A stretch of 64,000 nucleotides of DNA from Macrostomum lignano (Eukaryota), in NCBI GenBank assembly GCA_002269645.1, contig NIVC01000283.1:248001-312000 (forward strand), given 5' to 3'. Positions 1-12,169 of the stretch are shown one piece after another. How positions within the stretch are numbered: position 1 is the first letter of the stretch; every line of letters begins with the position of its first letter. The position numbers and the translations under genes were made by a program. Below the pieces are notes generated by a model, which did not search any database, was not told where the DNA came from, and saw nothing but the letters and a program-made list of their open reading frames with translations.

Positions 1-26
1 TTTTGCTGGGCTCAGAAGGAAATATA

Positions 27-1405
27 CCGGTTGTCCCATAAGTAACTTTACAACTTGTTTTGTGAATAACTTCGTGATTAATGCTTGGATCCCCATCAGA
101 TTTTAGCGTAGGAAAATATATAGAAAAGGGATTTTTTGAAACCAAAAGCATGTTCATTTTTTCACTTTCACTTTCAGCTCATTGTCACACAATGACAACT
201 CGCTACTCAGCCACACAAAGATTTAAGATTGCTGCCTGGTACGAATGCACGAAGTCATCTATCATCGTCCTGCGAAGATATCGGGCTGAATTCGGCAAAA
301 ATGAGGCGGTTCCACCAAGGCTTACAATCATTGCCATTCATGCTAACGCTATCGATGGCGACTTGGGCGACATTAAAAGGCCAGGACGACCTCGAACTTC
401 GCGTTCAGATGAGAACGTCGAGGCAGTGGTGTCCGCCTTTGACGTTTCACCGGGGAACTCGGTTAGAAGAGCCAGTGCCGTGCTGGACTTATTAAAGACC
501 TCAGTCCATAGTATTCTTAAAGACAAAATGATGCACCCATACCGCCTTCAAATCCTGAATGAACTGTTTGAGGAAGGCTTAGCCGCCCGCCGTGCCTTCG
601 CAGAGGAGATGCTGGAGGTGATCTCAGACGACGACAGCTTTCTCAATCAGCTCCTCTTCTCAGACGAAGCTGTGTTTCACCTGAGCGGTCATGTAAACCG
701 CTACAACTGCGTCTACTGGTCAACCGACAACCCATCGCAAACCGCCACGAAGCCGCTGCAATCGCCAAAGATTGTCGTATGGATGGGAGTTTGGTCCGGT
801 GGACTGATCGGACCATACGTCTTCGAAGACACAGTCACGGGCGACAGTTACCTGGAGATGTTGCGCCAATGACTTCTGCCTCAACTGCAGCGGATCGAGA
901 AATTCAACACGGGGAACATTTTCTTCCAGCAGGACGGTACTCCCCCTCACTGGTCGCGGGCCGTGCGGCATTGGCTGGACTTCATCTTTCCCAACCAATG
1001 GATCGGGCGAGGTGGTCCGATTAGCTGGCCTGCTCGTTCTCCTGACCTAACGCCCTTGGATTACTGGTTGTGGGGCGATCTGAAGCAGAGAGTCTACGCA
1101 ACGCAGCCTCGCACAATCGATGAGCTCCGACAGAGGATCTCAGACGAAGTGGCCCAGATTTCGCCTGAGACACTTACCAAAGCCCTGCTGGACTTTCCGC
1201 GGCGGCTGGAGGCCTGTCTTACAAACGGCGGTGGCCACATCGAAGGACCCTGAACGGACTGTATTTTTTTACATACGAACATGCTTTTGGTGTCAAAAAA
1301 TCCCTTTTCTATATATTTTCTTATGCTAAAATCTGGTGGGGATCCAAGCATTAATCACAAAGTTATTCACGAAACAAGTTGTAAATTTACTTATGGGACA
1401 CCCTG
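27..1405 (+). mobile_element. Tc1/mariner superfamily, rosa (DD41D) family DNA transposon with long TIRs
   Basis: TIRs of about 129 bp (27-155 and 1277-1405, CCGGTTGTCCCATAAG vs revcomp CAGGGTGTCCCATAAG). TA dinucleotide flanks both ends (25-26, 1406-1407). Internal transposase present. Confidence 0.93.
192..1253 (+). pseudogene. rosa/DD41D transposase with one in-frame stop (TGA 870-872, likely from TGG)
   Basis: N-terminal HTH region (KRPGRPRTSR). Catalytic motifs FSDEAVF, FQQDGTPPH and SPDLTPLDYWLW, with 41 residues between D2 and D3. The ORF pieces before and after the stop are in the same frame. Confidence 0.9.
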
Positions 1406-1442
1406 TATTTTTTTCAGAAGATCCACCTTATCTTTTACTAAA

Positions 1443-1636
1443 TTGCCTACTCTGCCAAAGACCAACTCTGAGTCATAATGTAAAGAAAAAGGTCATGCAA
1501 GTTTCAAACAATTTAAAAAAAGTTTCTGACTTAAAAATGAAAACTACATAGCTAAAATTTTCTTAGAAAAATTGGAAGCTAATAACCCAAATGTACGAAA
1601 TGTTCTACCGCAAAAGTGCTATGATTCTATAATATC
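1443..1636 (+). repeat. ~195-bp sequence present in inverted orientation at 15798-15992
   Basis: TTGCCTACTCTGCCAAAGACCAACTCTGAGTCATAATG...CTATGATTCTATAATATC aligns to the reverse complement of 15798-15992 at roughly 85% identity by eye. Confidence 0.85.
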
Positions 1637-1734
1637 AGTTGTATGACTTATATAAGCGTATTTCATTTCATATACACGAGAGCAGTTGCCTTAGTCATCC
1701 CTTATTTACTTTTTTAATAAACCCTTTGTGGCAG

Positions 1735-3847
1735 CCTGCTTGCAACGAAAGTCAACCATGTTTTCTTCTACTTGACGGTTGCTTTGAAATTCCTCATCGA
1801 AAAACCGCAGGCCACAGAACCACAGAAAAACACTGCTCCAACTGGACTGCTGGTGGTCGAGGCCAGGCGCTCAGTTCTTCATCGGACATCCAGTGTCTCG
1901 ATGTCTTCGGTTATTTCTGTGGTTCGTGCCGCCACGGTTGCATTCGATACCTCGCTGATATGACGACGCCAGGAGAGAAGTATTTCAGTTGATGCAAATT
2001 TAATCCAATGTGTACTTGTATGTGCAGGGATTTTAGGATAGTGAATTTTGGGCAAATGAACGGATTTGATAATATTCTGGAAGATAAGTTAGTCGAGAAA
2101 AGGTTCTGAGTATTACCCCAAATCACTTGACATATCCCATTTAGGTACTACTTAGGGTTAAGAACCCTGATTTTAATTGTTTATTACGAGTGCACTAATA
2201 TTTTGTCTTTTATATAAACAAATACAGACTGAACTATGCATGCACTATGGTGGCTCAAGCTCTTGAAGATGTCCCATCGTCGGTTCCTCTAATCGTGTCA
2301 TACGATGTGGCCAGTAAGCTCAAGGGTCATTTCGCCCTAGATCGACTGCAGTTTGCCGTGCCAGCTTTTCATGCCTACGGCCATGTCTACCGGTGCCAAA
2401 TAAAGCAGGGAATTCGCTATACCAACGGCGCTGGTCTGACGGACGAAGAATCGTGCGAATCTCTGTGGTCTATAATTCGACGGTATGGACCACAGGTCAA
2501 AGAGATGACACATTACAACCGTCGCCAGTTTTTGTCTCACATGGCTAACTCAATAAACTTCCAGAAGCTACTTGAAATCTGTAAGCGACAGTTTATTTTA
2601 TTATCGCAGATAATACATTTAAGTTAGAATTAGGATTTCAGTGGGAACTAATTAATGCTTATGACTCCAGGGCCAGACAAGTACGATTATTTTAGGAGAA
2701 ATTTAATCCTACTCTCCTAAATTGTTCTCTTCGCAGCAACGAGGCTGAAGAAACGCCTTTTAATGCATCACAGAATGACTGTTACTGTGGAGAAGGATAT
2801 TGTCGATTTCCTGCAGGAACATGGCTATACAGGTTTGTTAAATTATTTTCTAATTGGTGAGCTAAGGTTACAACTTTGTGCGAGTTTCGCATCGCTTGAG
2901 CACGGTAACATACTCGTAAAGACATTCAGGATTTCGGAACGGTTAGGCCACAGAGCAATCGGTCCTACTGGGGGGTGGATCCATCCTTCATAAAGTGTCT
3001 TATGCCCCCACCTTCTTTCTTAAATGCATCTAGATACCACAAGCTTCGATGCTCTAGCTTAGCAGTGGGATGCAGAATTGCGTGTCACATTGAACAGAGA
3101 GCAAAGCATTCAACGCTCTAGCAAGCTTAAAGTAATCTCGCGTCTGCATCAATTGGCTTGCGAACGAGAGTTTCTCATTAGACACTCCGTCATTTAGAGA
3201 GGTCAAAAGCTCGCTAAGCGGCTCCGCATAGTTACATCAGTGAGCATTCGAAAGTCAAATCAGATCATAAGGAGCTACAATGCCAAGGTGAATAAGTTTT
3301 ACGTTGATATTTAATCTGTGGTGTAACTACTCCTGTTTTGAAACGCTTAGTGACTATCATTTTCGTGCGTGATAAATGAAGCCAACTAATCAACTTTGAT
3401 AAACCTCGAAAACGTGTCTATCAATCATAGCATGCACCTCATATTTCATAGGTTTTCTCAACACATTCACAGGTTCCCTCTGTTCGAAAGCTGCGCTTCG
3501 ATTTCAGCCATCCTAACTCGGTTAGCTTCGCTGCACTAAATCCTGTTGAGTATGCACCACGGATGGAGGCGGTTCGCCTTTGGCATCTTCGTCATCGTAT
3601 AGCAGAAGAGTCAGTGCTGGTGAGTGCGGAGGCCAGACGAGTCACTCATTTTCTGTCTTATTCGCTGTCCCAGACACGCAGACAGATAGACGAGGCAGCC
3701 GGTCAAACGATGGATGCCATTCTCTCGACAAGGCACGATGGCCTTATTGATTTGCTGCGAAAACATACGCAGATTTTTCCGGAACCGCAGCTCGACGCTT
3801 GCCTATTGCTGCCTACCAGCGACGCTGCTTCGCCAGTGGCTCCTTGA
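1735..3847 (+). pseudogene. Intron-containing KDZ (Kyakuja-Dileera-Zisupton) transposase, 5' truncated and decayed
   Basis: Exon peptides PAC...LLLDGCF, GYFCGSCRHG...DMTTPGEKY, VSYDVA...PAFHAYGH..CQ...GAGLTDEESCESLWS...KEM, GQKLAKRLR and RIAEESVLVSAE match the KDZ pattern. GT-AG introns (e.g. donor GTAAG at 2581). In-frame stop in the 3.0-3.3 kb exon. Confidence 0.8.
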
Positions 3848-3974
3848 CTAATTTTATTATTTTGTAGTTCCTTTTTTAATTCCGATCGGTAATCGATATG
3901 CCAGACACGAACATGTTACCGGTATGTCAAAATCTATACGGAGAAACAGACTACTTCGGCACTGCACTGCGTAT

Positions 3975-4056
3975 AGGGAGGGACTCGAACCCCGGAACGC
4001 ACAAGTGAAATATCTTAGTCTACAGTGTATTCTAACCCCGTAACACTAGATCTACC
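3975..4056 (-). repeat. tRNA-derived SINE head or tRNA pseudogene
   Basis: Minus strand has an A-box-like CTAGTG..GGTTAGAAT and a B-box GGGTTCGAGTCCC. No clean cloverleaf seen. Confidence 0.4.
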
Positions 4057-6720
4057 TTGTTAATACTTCTCAGGATACACACCCAAGAACGCGTCCGGTC
4101 TGCTCAATAACAACAGTGCATGCCTAGCACAATAGAAGGCTAACATACTTGACTCAAATAAATGAGCGTAGCTCGTATTAGGTAGCTTACCGCAGATTCC
4201 TCTTCTGCTTGGATTATTTTCCTTAGGAATCGTACCTTGATTGGCTCAACCCCTCAAATAGGGCCTTGTGAAGGATCGATGTCTTAAACACGGTTTTTAT
4301 ATTTTTCGCGAGAACCGTTTACAAATTTTCTATTGCATTCCCGTGTAAATTCTGCTTCTATATGAACAGTTCTAGCTATCTTAAGTACCAACGCGCCATA
4401 TCTACGTAAAGTATACAAGGCGCTGATTTGTTAAAACTAGCACACGAAGTATATTTAAGTGACTGATTTGCACATTTTATTAGCTTAGACGAGCAGGACA
4501 ATTGTTTTGATTTCATTTTCACATTTTTGTACGCTCTCACTATATTGTTATTGGGACTTTCGTTAAGTCCCAAAAAGTAGGAAATTCATTAATTTGCTTT
4601 GGATTCATATAAGTAATAGCATTTAAAAAGCTAATTTAACTTTCGATTGTATTTCTATTCTTTTATCGTATCCACCTTTCTAGAAATTTCTGTGGCGCGT
4701 AAACATTTAACAACATTCTAAATTAGGCAATTTAAACTCCTGCGAACACGCTTCCCGAATATTCCCGAAATTGGGTATAAATAAAAGCACCCGGCATTGC
4801 ATTTCTTTAAGCCTGACTTTTCTATACAAAAACTTTTAAACAAAACTGAACACAAAGAACCACCGCCTTACGCCTCATTTATTTAAATCGCTACACTTTA
4901 TTTTCCCACTACAATACAAAGCACTACAAAAACCCCACCCATATCCAGCTCCCGCCCCAAACCAAACCCTATCACATATTTAGCTCCCTTCCTATTCTGC
5001 ACCCTAAAATATTGATTCCTATTTGAAAAGTTATTTTAAAGTTACTTTTTTATCGCACAGGCCGCTTGCACTAAGTGTCGATGCATAGTACACGTTGACT
5101 GACGGACAGCAACCAAAGTCGCACCATGTAGAATACTACATGGCTTACTACAGTTCCGCACTTTATGTCCTAGTACGGTGTACATGTATATGACTTTTTA
5201 AAAAAAGCGGAGAATTTTTTTTAAAAACAAGGTTTTAAATTGAACAAGTATACATTATCATTATATTTATCCATTATAGTATTTGCTACTTTTGGTTTCA
5301 TACTGTACAGCTCGTATGTAAATCATTGCTCAACCCTAGGCGTTTCTGGTAGTCACCTGCGCCTCACTCAGTGTTAAAGCTGGCGCCAGATGGTCTGGGA
5401 GAATGCTGGTGGGTAGCTTCTTTCTATCATCTATAGTTTCTAGAATTAGTCTAATATCAGCGCTGCGAGAGGCTTGTTAAGCATGTTGAAGGCGAGAATT
5501 ACAATCTTATTTAGCAATGTAACAGTACATGTAGCTACCTCATAGGCTCGTCAGCATAAGAACCCCCTGCACTATAGTCCCCTCTGTCTCTGCATGGCCA
5601 ATGCGATGTACATGCAATTAGTAAAGTAATTTAGTCCAAGGTGGACACAGATGTGAGAAACAGAAGTCGGACTGGTCAGGTCAGGTGACTATAGAGGGAA
5701 GAAGGGTTTTGAGCATAAATTGCAGTATGACAACTTGGGCAAGTACATGTAATTTAGTCGCGGGGTATTGCATATGAAGCGCATACATGTAAGGGGGGAT
5801 TCGGCCTGACGAAGCCGGTGCAATTAATGTACAGCGTCCCGCGGGCTCCTGAGACAGTGCTACAGAAGCCATGTATGTACGAGCGTACATGTAGATAACC
5901 GCTGTAACTAATTTCCGTCAAGCCTTGAGAGAACTCAAGAGCAGACTCTGAAGGTGGCTTGTGATTTCATAAGAACTACTCCATATTGAAAAGTAAGAGC
6001 CAATGTGTGTCTTACGTGCATGTAATGTAGCTAATAAATACTTTTATCACTAAACGTATGCTCCTGGAACGTACAATACTGTATACGACTGCACAGTCAA
6101 TCTTACAACTCGATTTGCTCCCACGATATGGATTCGCCATGACACTGTCGATTCGACGTCGAAACAGTGGATACCTTACCAGTGGGCAATTGCTAAGATT
6201 GCTAAGACAGGAGAGATAAAAGACATAATAAAAATGGTTCCTGTGTTCAATGGAGGTGTAGAAATGAATTTAGAGGCATGGCGATATGATGATTTTTTTC
6301 GACGTCGCACTTCTAGAGCTGATTCACCATCAATTCGATGGTTACATTTTTGTTATTTTAAGTGCAGTAGTTTGAGCTCGGTATCAGGATATTTATGTGG
6401 TTAAATTGATAGAAAAAATGTTCATGAGGATTGAATATTGTTTGCTATTGTGTTTGCGCGAGTCATTTGACTATTTGTTTAGTTTAACGTTTATCATTTT
6501 GGGAGATCTGAACAATATAAACTGCGGAAAAACAAATAAAAAAATTATCCCTTTATCGACATTCTAGATAGCTACATGGTTCCCTGTTAGTCCTAAAGAG
6601 GCAAAGAGCTATTCATTAATTTTCCTATTGCCTTGTTATTGCCACTAGAAGATAAATCGTATTGTTATTGTATACTTCCTGATCTTAGAATAGGTAGAAT
6701 AGAATAAATTGTATTATTTG

Positions 6721-6741
6721 TATATATATATATATATATAT
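6721..6741. repeat. (TA)10 microsatellite
   Basis: Direct reading. Confidence 0.95.
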
Positions 6742-7514
6742 TATAATAAAGTGTTATATTCTAGATAGATTCATTACTGTATGTCAACTTATCAAGTCAA
6801 TTCTATGAGATCCATGAATACTAGCAATGCTTAGAATACTAATGGTTTTTAAACATGGTCAAGTGAAGCATGCTCAGTTTGGATTGAAAACCACATCTGA
6901 TAACCTTAATAAATAGGCTAGGCCTAATATAATAGCTAATCTGCTTACTGGATAGAAAGAATAGCAATTATATAATAGGGCATATGGGCTATGGTATTGG
7001 TTGTGCATGTTCATTGCATTGGACCTGACACTGGCAGCCTCACATAATTATTTAATTCTTTTCCAGTCTTTGTATTTGTTATTGTTAAGATAACTAATTG
7101 GTCTAGCATTTGTAGGCCTAAATATAATATGCAAATAACACAATTTTTGTGTTTGTTGAGTTTCTCAAATGACCTGCTTTAGTAAAATGAGTGTCTTCCA
7201 GCGCATCCTCATTGTGGTTCACTATCAAGTGATACCCTTGGAATTTGGAAGCTTTTGACTTGTGTTCACTCTTTTTTGACCATATAGTAAAGTAAGTAAT
7301 TAGTTTTATTATTAATCAACCTCCTCCACTTGCCAAGTCCCATAGCGTTATACCTAAAGTTGTGTATGGGTAGGAGTTTAGCTACATTTTTGGTGGCATT
7401 AATTCATTGATAATTGCTATTGTACTTCAACAATAGTCTCATTTAACGATCTTGTAAAAGTGATTCATATCTGATTGTTTTATCTGATTTATTACAGCTA
7501 CTGACCTTGTGACG

Positions 7515-9445
7515 ATGGCGTCTGCACAGAATACAAACCGGATGGCTCGCCGCACCATGATGAAGCTACTTCGTGATTCTGAAGGCCTGCAAGAGGTCAC
7601 AGGGCAGGAGTCCATTGAGCACGTGGCGCCAGCTGAAGAAGATTCTGATGATGCTGATGACGATTGGCAGGAACGTGATTGGGAGCAAGGAAATTCCCAA
7701 AGCGAGTCTCCTCCTGAAAGTGACGATGACTCTGGAAGCGAGGAAGAAGTGTCCCTAAGCGACGCATCAAGTGATACTACGGAACTAATTTTCGAGTTAC
7801 TGTTTTTCATGATCCACTTTTTGATCAACAAGAGGGCCATGGAGTTCTGTCTGGCAATGTGGGCAAAGCGTGGATATGCGGTGCCCCGTTCTGTCCAGAC
7901 ACTGAGGAAACATTGCAGACACAGGGCTGTCTTTAATACTACGACTGTAAGCAACGGACAATTTGCGTACTGTGGTATCTTTGAGAACATCTTTTTTTGT
8001 GTGCAGCAAGGTATGCTGGCCCTGTAGGATTTGTATAATAATTTACAAATAACTGTCAATGTTGATGGTGTTCAACTTTTTAACGCGTCTAAGCTTGGAC
8101 TTTGGCCCATTTTGCTCACTATTACCGGCTGCCAATACTTAATTCCTCTCCCTATCGCAGTATTTTGTGGCACAGGAAAGCCGCCTCTCGATGCGTTTCT
8201 ATCCTCCTTCGTCCAGGAGCTGAGCGACCTGTCAAGCGGTTTTGTTGCCATAGGCGATAAGTTTTTTAAAGTGACACGCTGCGTGATTGTTGCCGATGCT
8301 CCTGAAAGATCGTTTTTGCAGCGCAAATGCAGTGCAGTGCTTTCTCATTCTGCCAAGCTTGCTTGTGCGTACTGTAAAATTGAAGCGAGATTTTTATCCG
8401 GAAGGATGTGTTTCCCGTTTCAGAGATGTGAGCCACGGACTGACATTGCATATAAGGCATGTAGAGAAAACAATCAGGTTTCTCGTTCTCCTCTCCTGGG
8501 GCTTGTCAACTTTGAATGCGACATTCCGCCTGATTACATGCACTCTGTTTGTCTTGGCGTTGTTAAGCGTATGTGTACATATTTCTTTTCGCATATAAAG
8601 GGCGTACGTTTGCCGTGCCATATTCCTCCTGCCCAACGAATGCAAGTCTCATCGCTTATTAAAGCTGTAGCGAAGTTCCTTCCTCGCGAATTTCATCGTA
8701 AGCTTCGCCCACTGGACGAATTTGAAAACTACAAGGCCTCTGAATTTAGTACCTTGATTGTATATCTCTCTCCAATAATATTTCGTACATGCCTTTAAAA
8801 TGCGTTTTTTGACCATCTGATGGAACTGCACTTTTCCATTTACTGTTACTCTTCGTGTGAGTATTGTACTACTTACTTTGACCACGCAACCAGCTGCTTG
8901 GACCTTTTTTTCAGCGTGCCGAAGTACTGTATGAAAACAAGTTTCAATCCTATAATACACATCTTCTGCAGCATATTGCGTATTTTGTCAAAGTTCATGG
9001 GCCCTTGGATGAATGGTCTGCATTTGCCTTTGAAAACTACAATGATATTCTAAAGCGTCGTCTTCGCTCCACCCAAAAAGTTTTTCAACATACTCTGAAT
9101 ACCATGTCAATCATTCGCGACGTTTTCTGTCATTCCTCTATCGCTGTGCTTCCTTTTTACTCCCCAAAGTCTCCCGATAACTGCTGTGTGACGAAGGACG
9201 GTCGTGTTGTTTTAATAAGCTCGGTTTCTTTTGCTGATGGATTCATCCTTGTTTGTGGGAAAATTCTACACTTCTGCAAAGATCTCTATGAGCACCCATA
9301 CAAATCTGGTGTTTTGGGCATTGGTACCTACAAACTTGCATTGCACACAGTGAGCTCTGTTGAGCCTGAGCGAAAGTGTATATTAATACCTCGTGGTGCC
9401 AGCGATTACTATGTGGTTCCATTTGCGAATTCCGTTTTGCAATAA
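7515..9445 (+). pseudogene. EnSpm/CACTA (CMC)-type transposase, decayed
   Basis: Motifs VNVDGVQLF..SKLGLWPI, VADAPERSFLQ, ACAYC, PPDYMHSVCLGVVKRM and SYNTHLLQH..HGPLDEWSAFAFENY. In-frame stops at 8025-8027 and 8796-8798, frameshift near the poly-T at ~8905. Confidence 0.85.
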
Positions 9446-10059
9446 TTTGTAATCTCCATCTCGAGTTTAATTCGCTCATCATGTTATTGTCAGTCAGCTG
9501 CATGGGCAGTAGCATAGCGGGTATCTGGCAGTGAATGAATCGCAAACACATCTGTAGATTCTGTACATAGCCTGTTGTGTGTAATCACAGTTGCGCCGAA
9601 ATTGATAAGGCAATGATATTTTCTTTACTTTCTTAATTTCTTTCTGACTTTCTTAAAACAATGTAATTGTCTTCAAAGTGTCAATTTGTTGCGTGAGCAG
9701 TCTGTTGGTGTTTGTGGACTTGCTGATCCTTTACATGCCTATTCAATTTTATACTCGTAAAGTATTATTACTATATTTTAGTTGATTTTTACATGTCACC
9801 TGAGCAAATTAATACAATGCGTGATCGTGTGAGTGTCAAATACATGTACATATAATGTACATATGCTCATTTATTTGTTTCGTCACGGTCCTAGCAATTA
9901 TACTTGTGGTCAATGATTTCCTTAAACTGTTGCCGTGCATGTTGCACACGCATATGAACTCTGTCTGGGACTTTCAGTCTTGCTTTCGTTATTTTCCTTG
10001 TGGGTGCAATGATACTATTCAAATCGATTGTACATGTGTGTACATATACGTGTAATGAA

Positions 10060-10234
10060 TAATCTAAAGCAACGTCGAATCCACGTCGCAGAACGAAGGC
10101 AAAACGACGCAGCATCCACGTCGAAATGAAGGCGTACCACCCACCTCGAAACAACGTCGTTGCACCGCAACATTTGCATCCGTCGAATTGACGTGGAAAA
10201 CTGACATCGTTTCGACAGCTTGCTTCCCAGTGGG
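10060..10234. repeat. Probable 3' terminus of the EnSpm/CMC element, with subterminal ACGTCG-type repeats
   Basis: Multiple (C/A)ACGTCG(A) motifs ending in ...TTCCCAGTGGG (CCC-type terminus). The matching 5' terminus was not found. Confidence 0.55.
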
Positions 10235-10628
10235 TGATCTTCGGCCACCTTTTCGCAGTCTTCGGCTCTTCGACTGCAGAAGCTATAGAGAATAAGAATC
10301 GTAATGCGCTATGACTCAAAAGGCGGTTGCGTTTTATAACTCGGACTAATGCTATTAAAGTAAGTTTATGTGTAAGAATGATAAATTAACCTTTCGAATA
10401 TATTTACTATCTACTTGTACTACTACTACATGTATGTGAGAACGATTACAGCAGTACGAGTACGAGCGTACCAGGACGGACCAAAACAAGACAAATAAAA
10501 AAATTACTTTGAGAGTAATTCCTGAGTTTGAGAGAGTGTAAGATAATTATTTCGCAACATTTGTGTGTTACACCAGCTGATTTAAACTGTGTAATAAATG
10601 GAGTCGGGAGTGACAGGAAAATTAAAGC

Positions 10629-11448
10629 CAGTGTTGGGCGCGATACTTTAAAAAAGTATCGTTTTAAAGCGATACTCCGATACCGATACTTTAAAAGGTA
10701 TCGGCGATATTTGTTGGTCCGATAGCAAAATTAGATTATCGCGCGATACTTTATTCTGATACTTGGTCCGATACATCATTTTTTCGCGTTTTCTCACTTT
10801 TCTGCATCTATCAAGCCAAAAATGAAGAAAAAGTTCTTAGCTACTAAATTTTTAGACACTAAGGACTCTAGTGAGACGTGGCTGACCAGAGAAGAAGTGG
10901 GCAAAATATTGTTATAAATTTTTATTATATTTATATTAGCATTTGCACCTACATAGTAAATTAAGATAAAAAGACTACATGATAGATGATACAAAAATAA
11001 TAATGCGCATGCTATGTAAAAACTCCAAATTAATTAGAAATTAGATGTTACTTGACTTTCACTAAATTAAATTTATGAACAATTTAACAGGAACCTACTC
11101 GCTTAATAGCTAATATCATTTCAGAATTCAATACAGAGAGGCTCGAGTGGGATATGCTGGTTGCCCCGGAGAAGTACCAGCCTCATGAGGGTCGAATCGG
11201 CCAGTGGAGCGCGCTTTGCACGGAGAACGTCCTTTCTTTACTTCCTGTTACTTTATTTACTACTTTCTAGGCTTTTTAGTCAAATTTATTACTATAAGTT
11301 TGATTAAATGTAACGGATTATCGGACTTAAGAAAATGTATCGGCGATACCAAGGTCCGATATTGAGAAAAAAGTAATGAGGTCCGATACTCCGATACTCA
11401 AATGGTATCGGCGATACTATCGGAGTATCGGACCTGTGCCCAACACTG
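10629..11448. mobile_element. Non-autonomous hAT element (MITE), 820 bp
   Basis: TIR CAGTGTTGGG...CCCAACACTG. Perfect 8-bp TSD ATTAAAGC (10621-10628, 11449-11456). Dense CGATAC/GTATCG subterminal repeats at both ends. Confidence 0.95.
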
Positions 11449-11697
11449 ATTAAAGCTAGCTGCAACTCCGCAATTTCATGCGCGCATCGTTTACTCTCGT
11501 ATTTCAGATTAGTCCGCCAGATGACATGCAGTCGCTGAGCGATAGCGGGCTGTAGGCATGATCGAAGCCGGGATGCATCTTATCAGAGCAGAAGTGTAGC
11601 TCGCTAATTCAGCCAAACTCACAAGACCATCCAAAAGATGCTGATCGATGTCGAGAGAGACTGTGTGGCTCACGCAAGTCGAGGCCAGTTGTCACAT

Positions 11698-12048
11698 TCA
11701 CATCCGCATTATTGTAAACCCAGCATTGTGCAGTGTCATGATGGCTTTGACAATGTCAGACTTGCTTACAGAATTTTCATGCTCACAATCATCACGATCA
11801 TCACAATCGGGGCAGCCCTCTCCTGCCTTAATTGTTATACCTTTGTCTTTTGCAATCTTTTGCAATTCTAGCAGGTGGGCTCTATCATTCCCAGCTTTAA
11901 CAGCAGTTGCTACACCTCCAGCTACACCACCTGCGGCACTTACAGCGCCTGCAATGATTGGGATAAGAGCTGCTAATGGTAGGATTCCTCCTGACTTTTT
12001 ATCTGTGATGCTGTGTGTTTGCTCATTACACTGAACTATTTGCTGCAC
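11698..12048 (-). pseudogene. Polinton/adintovirus small core-like protein with adenovirus pX(mu)-like motif
   Basis: SGGILPLAALIPIIAGAVSAAGGVAGGVATAV resembles adenoviral pX GGILPLLIPLIAAAIGA. The true start is probably near 12150 with a frameshift or stop. Confidence 0.6.
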
Positions 12049-12169
12049 GGGATCGATTTTTACTTTGGCACCTTTATTGATATAAGACCTGGTTTCTTTG
12101 ATTCAATGATTTTATTGAGTTTATTGATGTTCATGGTTTTAATCTTTGTCATTTTTTTATTTTAATATT

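Noticed and set aside
870-872. Alternative genetic code or programmed readthrough explaining in-frame stops in TEs
   Set aside because: All three stop types occur, frameshifts coexist, and host genes use the standard code.
4780-5010. Mitochondrial insertion (NUMT) suggested by strand skew
   Set aside because: No recognisable mitochondrial gene, tRNA or rRNA motif.
6120-6190. Left terminus of the EnSpm element
   Set aside because: Shares subterminal-like CGACGTCG motifs but does not form a proper inverted CCCACTGGG end. The boundary is left undefined.
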